This document shows, piece by piece, positions 60,874-64,000 of a stretch of 64,000 nt of DNA. Source of the DNA: an uncultured delta proteobacterium (lineage in GTDB: Bacteria > Desulfobacterota > Syntrophorhabdia > Syntrophorhabdales > WCHB1-27). The DNA lies in contig CAWEPK010000009.1 in the NCBI GenBank assembly GCA_963810935.1, forward strand, positions 32,001 through 96,000, in the 5' to 3' direction. Each line of letters begins with the position of its first letter. Positions within the stretch are counted from its first letter, which is position 1. The notes under the pieces were generated by a model. The model was not told the DNA's origin. It did no database searches and was given only the letters and a program-made list of their open reading frames with translations. The position numbers and the translations under genes are program-made.

Positions 60874-61509
60874 CTATGGAACTTTTTTGTAAACGAAAAG
60901 CCGGTACGCCGGGCTATGGCCCGGTAAGCTGTATATCTCGTCCTTCTCCAACGTAAAACCCGCGTGATCGGTAGGTTTTTCGTCCTTGCCCCGGACGAGG
61001 AAGGCCCTGCCGCCCCCGGCAAGGTGCCTCCCCCCTTTATCGAGCACCTCGGCTGCAGGGCCGAACGCCTTGGCGACGAGGAGATCGGTGGAGAGTGGGC
61101 TTATATCTTCTGCCCTGCCGTGGACGACCTGAAGGCCTTTGAGGCCGAGAAGGCGTTTAATATGGCGCTGGAAGAGGACCTTCTTGAATGTTTTATCGAC
61201 TGAATAAATGTCTCTCCCGGGGTCCAGTACGGCCAGGGGGATGGCGACTACGCCGGAGCCCGAGCCCAGGTCGAGGAGGGAGCCGGCCCCCGGCAGGCGG
61301 GACCGGATAAAAAAAGCGTCGTAGAGGAGGCCCTCTACGATCCGGCCGCCCCCTTTAAGACCGACCAGGTTCATCGTCCGGCCCCACCGCTCCAGCTCGT
61401 CGATATAGTACGCGAGGAGCGACACGGTCTCTTCGCTGCCTTCGATGCCGAAGGCGGCAAGGCCTTTTGCGATCAAATCACGCGGTCTTTGGGCGGCCTG
61501 TCCGGTCAA
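60874..61509 (-). CDS. rsmG: 16S rRNA m7G527 methyltransferase (GidB)
   Basis: W...MNL, DLGSGSG, KK..F, GRAE; TTG start after GGAGG; upstream of parA. Confidence 0.85.
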   Translation of the reverse strand: MTGQAAQRPRDLIAKGLAAFGIEGSEETVSLLAYYIDELERWGRTMNLVGLKGGGRIVEGLLYDAFFIRSRLPGAGSLLDLGSGSGVVAIPLAVLDPGRDIYSVDKTFKKVLFQRHIKRLLGLKGLQVVHGRAEDISPLSTDLLVAKAFGPAAEVLDKGGRHLAGGGRAFLVRGKDEKPTDHAGFTLEKDEIYSLPGHSPAYRLFVYKKVP

Positions 61510-61608
61510 GATACCTCCCGTAATGATTAACCTTAAGGAGGGGTGGACCTTGCCCCCTCGCGATATTAAAGTTAGCATAAATCTATTGTTTCTGTTATAG
61601 TAAACCCG

Positions 61609-63081
61609 ATGCGTATCAGGCTTGCGATTTTGGTAATCCTTTGCTTCGCCCTCGTCGCGTGCGGCAGCAGGAAGCAGGAAATAAAGAAGGTGGACAGCCC
61701 GGGGGCGCTCTACGTCCAGGGCATTGCCCACATGAAGAAAAAAGAGTGGGACAAGGCCATACAGGCATTCGGCAAGGTCCGGGAAAATTATCCCTTCGAT
61801 CCGATAGCTCTCGTAGCGCAGATAAAGCAGGCGGACTCCAATTTCGAAAAAAAGGCATACCCCTCGGCAGCCATAGCGTATGAGGATTTCGTCAACAGCT
61901 ACCCGGAAGACGAGAACGCAGCGTACGCCCTCAGACGCCTTGCGGAGTGCTACGAAAAGACGTCTCCGATTGCAGAGCGGGACCAGTCAAATACGTTCAA
62001 GGCAATCGAGCGATTCACCTTCCTGAAGAACCGTTATCCCGCCAGCCCTTACGCCAAAGACGCGGACGCGCACGTCAATAAGCTTACGGAGAAGCTGGCC
62101 GCAAGGGAAGTCTTCGTAGGCGAGTTCTACCACAGGTGGAAGAGATACAACGCCTCCATCATCCGCTTCGAATACTTTCTGCAAAAGTATCCGGACGCCA
62201 AAGACAGGGACAAAGCGCTCTATTACATCGCCCTCGATTACCAGGAGCTTCAGGATTCCGACAAGTCCCAGGCTTACCTCGACAGGCTGAAAAAGGAATA
62301 TCCGAAGAGCCGCTATCTCGGCGGGTCCATAAAGCGGGAGCGAAGGAGCCTCCAGGTAGCGAGCGTGAAGCCCGCTGCTGCTGTTGCAGCACCTGCTGTT
62401 GTGGGCGCGCAGCCGGCAGGCGCAGCTCCGGGGGCGCAGACTGCCATTGCCCAGCCTGCAGCGCCCATTGTGGCGTCTTACGAGGAGAAGAAGCCGAGGC
62501 AGATCGATTTGGAGCCTGTCGATCCACCAAAGAGTGGTGAAGCACAGCCCGCGCTAAAAGAAGGCGCGCAGGGCGCCCCCGACAAGGCCGCTAAAGACGC
62601 CGCCGCAACGGTTAAGAAAACGGACGACGGGAAAAGACTAGAGGCGAAGAAAACGGACGACGGGAAAACCTCTCTGGGCTTCTTCTCCGAGAAGAAACCC
62701 GTCGACGTCGTGGCGGATTCGATGGAGGGGCTCGAAAAGGGCAAGATCATACTTTTCAAGGGCAATGTAATCGCCAAACAGGTTGACCTTTATCTATTCT
62801 CGGACATGCTTACCGCCTATGTGAATGAAGAGACAAACGAGATCGACAGGGCCAAGGCCGAAGGCAACGTTAAGATAGTCAAGCTCGACAGGACAGCGAC
62901 CTGCAAAGAGGCGTTCTTTTATAACGACAAGGGAGAGATCATCCTGAAAGGGGACGTAATAGTCTTCTCGGGCAAAGACAAGGTCTCCGGCGACGTCGTA
63001 ACGTATTATATCAACGAGGACCGCGTTCACGTCATGGGCCAAAAGGACAAACGGGCCAAGGCGCTGATCAGCCCCAAATGA
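61609..63081 (+). CDS. bamD: BamD lipoprotein fused through a ~125-aa Ala/Pro/Lys linker to an LptA/OstA-like beta-jellyroll domain
   Basis: Lipobox LVAC; TPR motifs (ENYPF, FVNSYP, RDQS, RYPASPYA, LAAREVFVGEFY); C-terminus PVDVVADSM...FKGNVIAKQ...AEGNVKI...IILKGDV...GDVVTY. Confidence 0.88.
   Translation: MRIRLAILVILCFALVACGSRKQEIKKVDSPGALYVQGIAHMKKKEWDKAIQAFGKVRENYPFDPIALVAQIKQADSNFEKKAYPSAAIAYEDFVNSYPEDENAAYALRRLAECYEKTSPIAERDQSNTFKAIERFTFLKNRYPASPYAKDADAHVNKLTEKLAAREVFVGEFYHRWKRYNASIIRFEYFLQKYPDAKDRDKALYYIALDYQELQDSDKSQAYLDRLKKEYPKSRYLGGSIKRERRSLQVASVKPAAAVAAPAVVGAQPAGAAPGAQTAIAQPAAPIVASYEEKKPRQIDLEPVDPPKSGEAQPALKEGAQGAPDKAAKDAAATVKKTDDGKRLEAKKTDDGKTSLGFFSEKKPVDVVADSMEGLEKGKIILFKGNVIAKQVDLYLFSDMLTAYVNEETNEIDRAKAEGNVKIVKLDRTATCKEAFFYNDKGEIILKGDVIVFSGKDKVSGDVVTYYINEDRVHVMGQKDKRAKALISPK
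62614..62668 (+). repeat. 22-bp direct repeat (33-nt period) in the bamD-lptA linker
   Basis: AAGAAAACGGACGACGGGAAAA at 62614 and 62647, encoding KKTDDGK twice. Confidence 0.85.
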
Positions 63082-63163
63082 GAAACAGGGCGCTTGTCGC
63101 GCCCTGCCTCGATCGTTTATCTTATTTTTCTGTCTGTCTGTTGTCCGGTGTCTAACCGGCTGC

Positions 63164-63490
63164 CTATCCGAGCACCTTCTTGATGAGATTATCGACTGTA
63201 CCCTTCGGGACGGCCCCGGTAACCCGTTCGACCGCCTCGCCTTTATTGAACAATATCAGCGTAGGTATCCCCCGGACGCCGAACTTCGACGTCGTTACGG
63301 GGTTCGAGTCAACGTTGAGTTTCATGACCTTCACGCGGCCGTCGTATTCGTCCGCCACGGTATCGAGAATCGGCCCCATCATCTGGCACGGTCCGCACCA
63401 GGTCGCCCAGAAATCGACCAGGACCGGAACGTTCGAATCTTCAACTTCATTTTTGAAATCGCCGTCGCTCAAGGGCGCTGCCTTGCTCAT
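63164..63490 (-). CDS. trxA: Thioredoxin
   Basis: VDFWATWCGPC, GIPTL. Confidence 0.95.
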   Translation of the reverse strand: MSKAAPLSDGDFKNEVEDSNVPVLVDFWATWCGPCQMMGPILDTVADEYDGRVKVMKLNVDSNPVTTSKFGVRGIPTLILFNKGEAVERVTGAVPKGTVDNLIKKVLG

Positions 63491-63519
63491 ACGTCCTCCT
63501 TATCGACTTTTTGAATAAG

Positions 63520-63538
63520 GGAATGGCGCCGCCATTCC
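63520..63538 (-). promoter_or_regulatory. Candidate bacterial SECIS hairpin
   Basis: GGAAUGGC-GGC-GCCAUUCC beginning 11 nt after the UGA at 63550-63552. Confidence 0.55.
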
Positions 63539-63543
63539 TTCTT

Positions 63544-63714
63544 TCATTTTCAGGTGAAGCGGCCGCGGGGCTCGCAGCATGTCGGCGCATCCACTTTCTT
63601 CGCAGCAGGCTTGACGTCCTTGCTCCCGCAGTGGACGCATTCGGGTGCCTTATCGTCCGCATTCATCTCAAAAGATTTGCCGCATTTTTTACAATCGTAC
63701 TTCTTGCCTTCCAT
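63544..63714 (-). CDS. FmdB-like zinc-ribbon protein, probable C-terminal selenocysteine (ends at 63550 if the UGA is a stop)
   Basis: AAGGAGG RBS; YDCKKCG...CVHCGS...CCEPRGRFT-UGA-AAA-UGA. Confidence 0.8.
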
Positions 63715-63893
63715 AGGCTGGTTATCCTCCTTTGCGTGCACGTGAATCGTGTTTTGTCTAAATAGTATAATGTGCCGGAACGCCAATTACAACCCGGTGC
63801 AAGGCCGGGTGCTTGCGCCGCTGAAACGCAGACGACCACAGGAGTGATCTAAAGAACGGGGGAGACGCCCAAAAAGGCGCCCGTGCATCCTAT

Positions 63894-64000
63894 CTATAGA
63901 AGAAAGCTGGCCTTTTCCTTGCCCTTGAGAATGCCTACGTAGACGTCCTCATCCGACAGCTCATTGCTGCCCATTTCCTTTCTTACCTGACTGCTTCCGC
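63894..64000 (-). CDS. Possible 3' end of a gene entering from beyond the window
   Basis: Open frame ...SQVRKEMGSNELSDEDVYVGILKGKEKASFLL*; product not recognised. Confidence 0.4.
   Translation of the reverse strand, partial: GSSQVRKEMGSNELSDEDVYVGILKGKEKASFLL

Noticed and set aside
59263..61608. oriC or parS near rsmG-parAB
   Set aside because: No TTATCCACA cluster or TGTTTCACGTGAAACA-like palindrome was seen by eye; dnaA and mnmG are not in the window

Overview
GC-rich bacterial chromosome segment. Gene content and order (rsmG-parA-parB-atpF'FHAGDC, IorAB, many TRAP/TTT/ABC transporters, H+-PPase) suggest an anaerobic deltaproteobacterium (Desulfobacterota, plausibly Syntrophorhabdaceae-like; inference). 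Contents in order: urea operon (urtABCDE, a NifI1-like P-II, start of ureA); nitroreductase; ABC binding protein; ilvD; uvrD/pcrA; rsmE; UDP-sugar enzymes; an ECF sigma/anti-sigma operon; tctCBA; mgsA; tRNA-Ser(TGA) with a decayed ~1.1 kb island; a 13 kb catabolic cluster (two paralogous TRAP transporters, IclR, 2-hydroxyacid dehydrogenase, LarA-family racemase, FrhB-like protein, IorAB); hppA; F1/b-subunit atp operon; parAB; trxA. Most notable: (1) an in-frame BamD-LptA/OstA fusion lipoprotein; (2) a small zinc-ribbon gene whose UGA is followed by a SECIS-like hairpin (probable missed selenoprotein); (3) a modular hairpin repeat family at 5.6 and 21.5 kb with conserved cores and swapped arms; (4) six +1 frameshifts confined to two short motifs (AGCT and CGAT/ATCG), probably modification-linked sequencing errors; (5) several apparently leaderless genes. 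All calls come from reading the sequence by eye; no searches were run.
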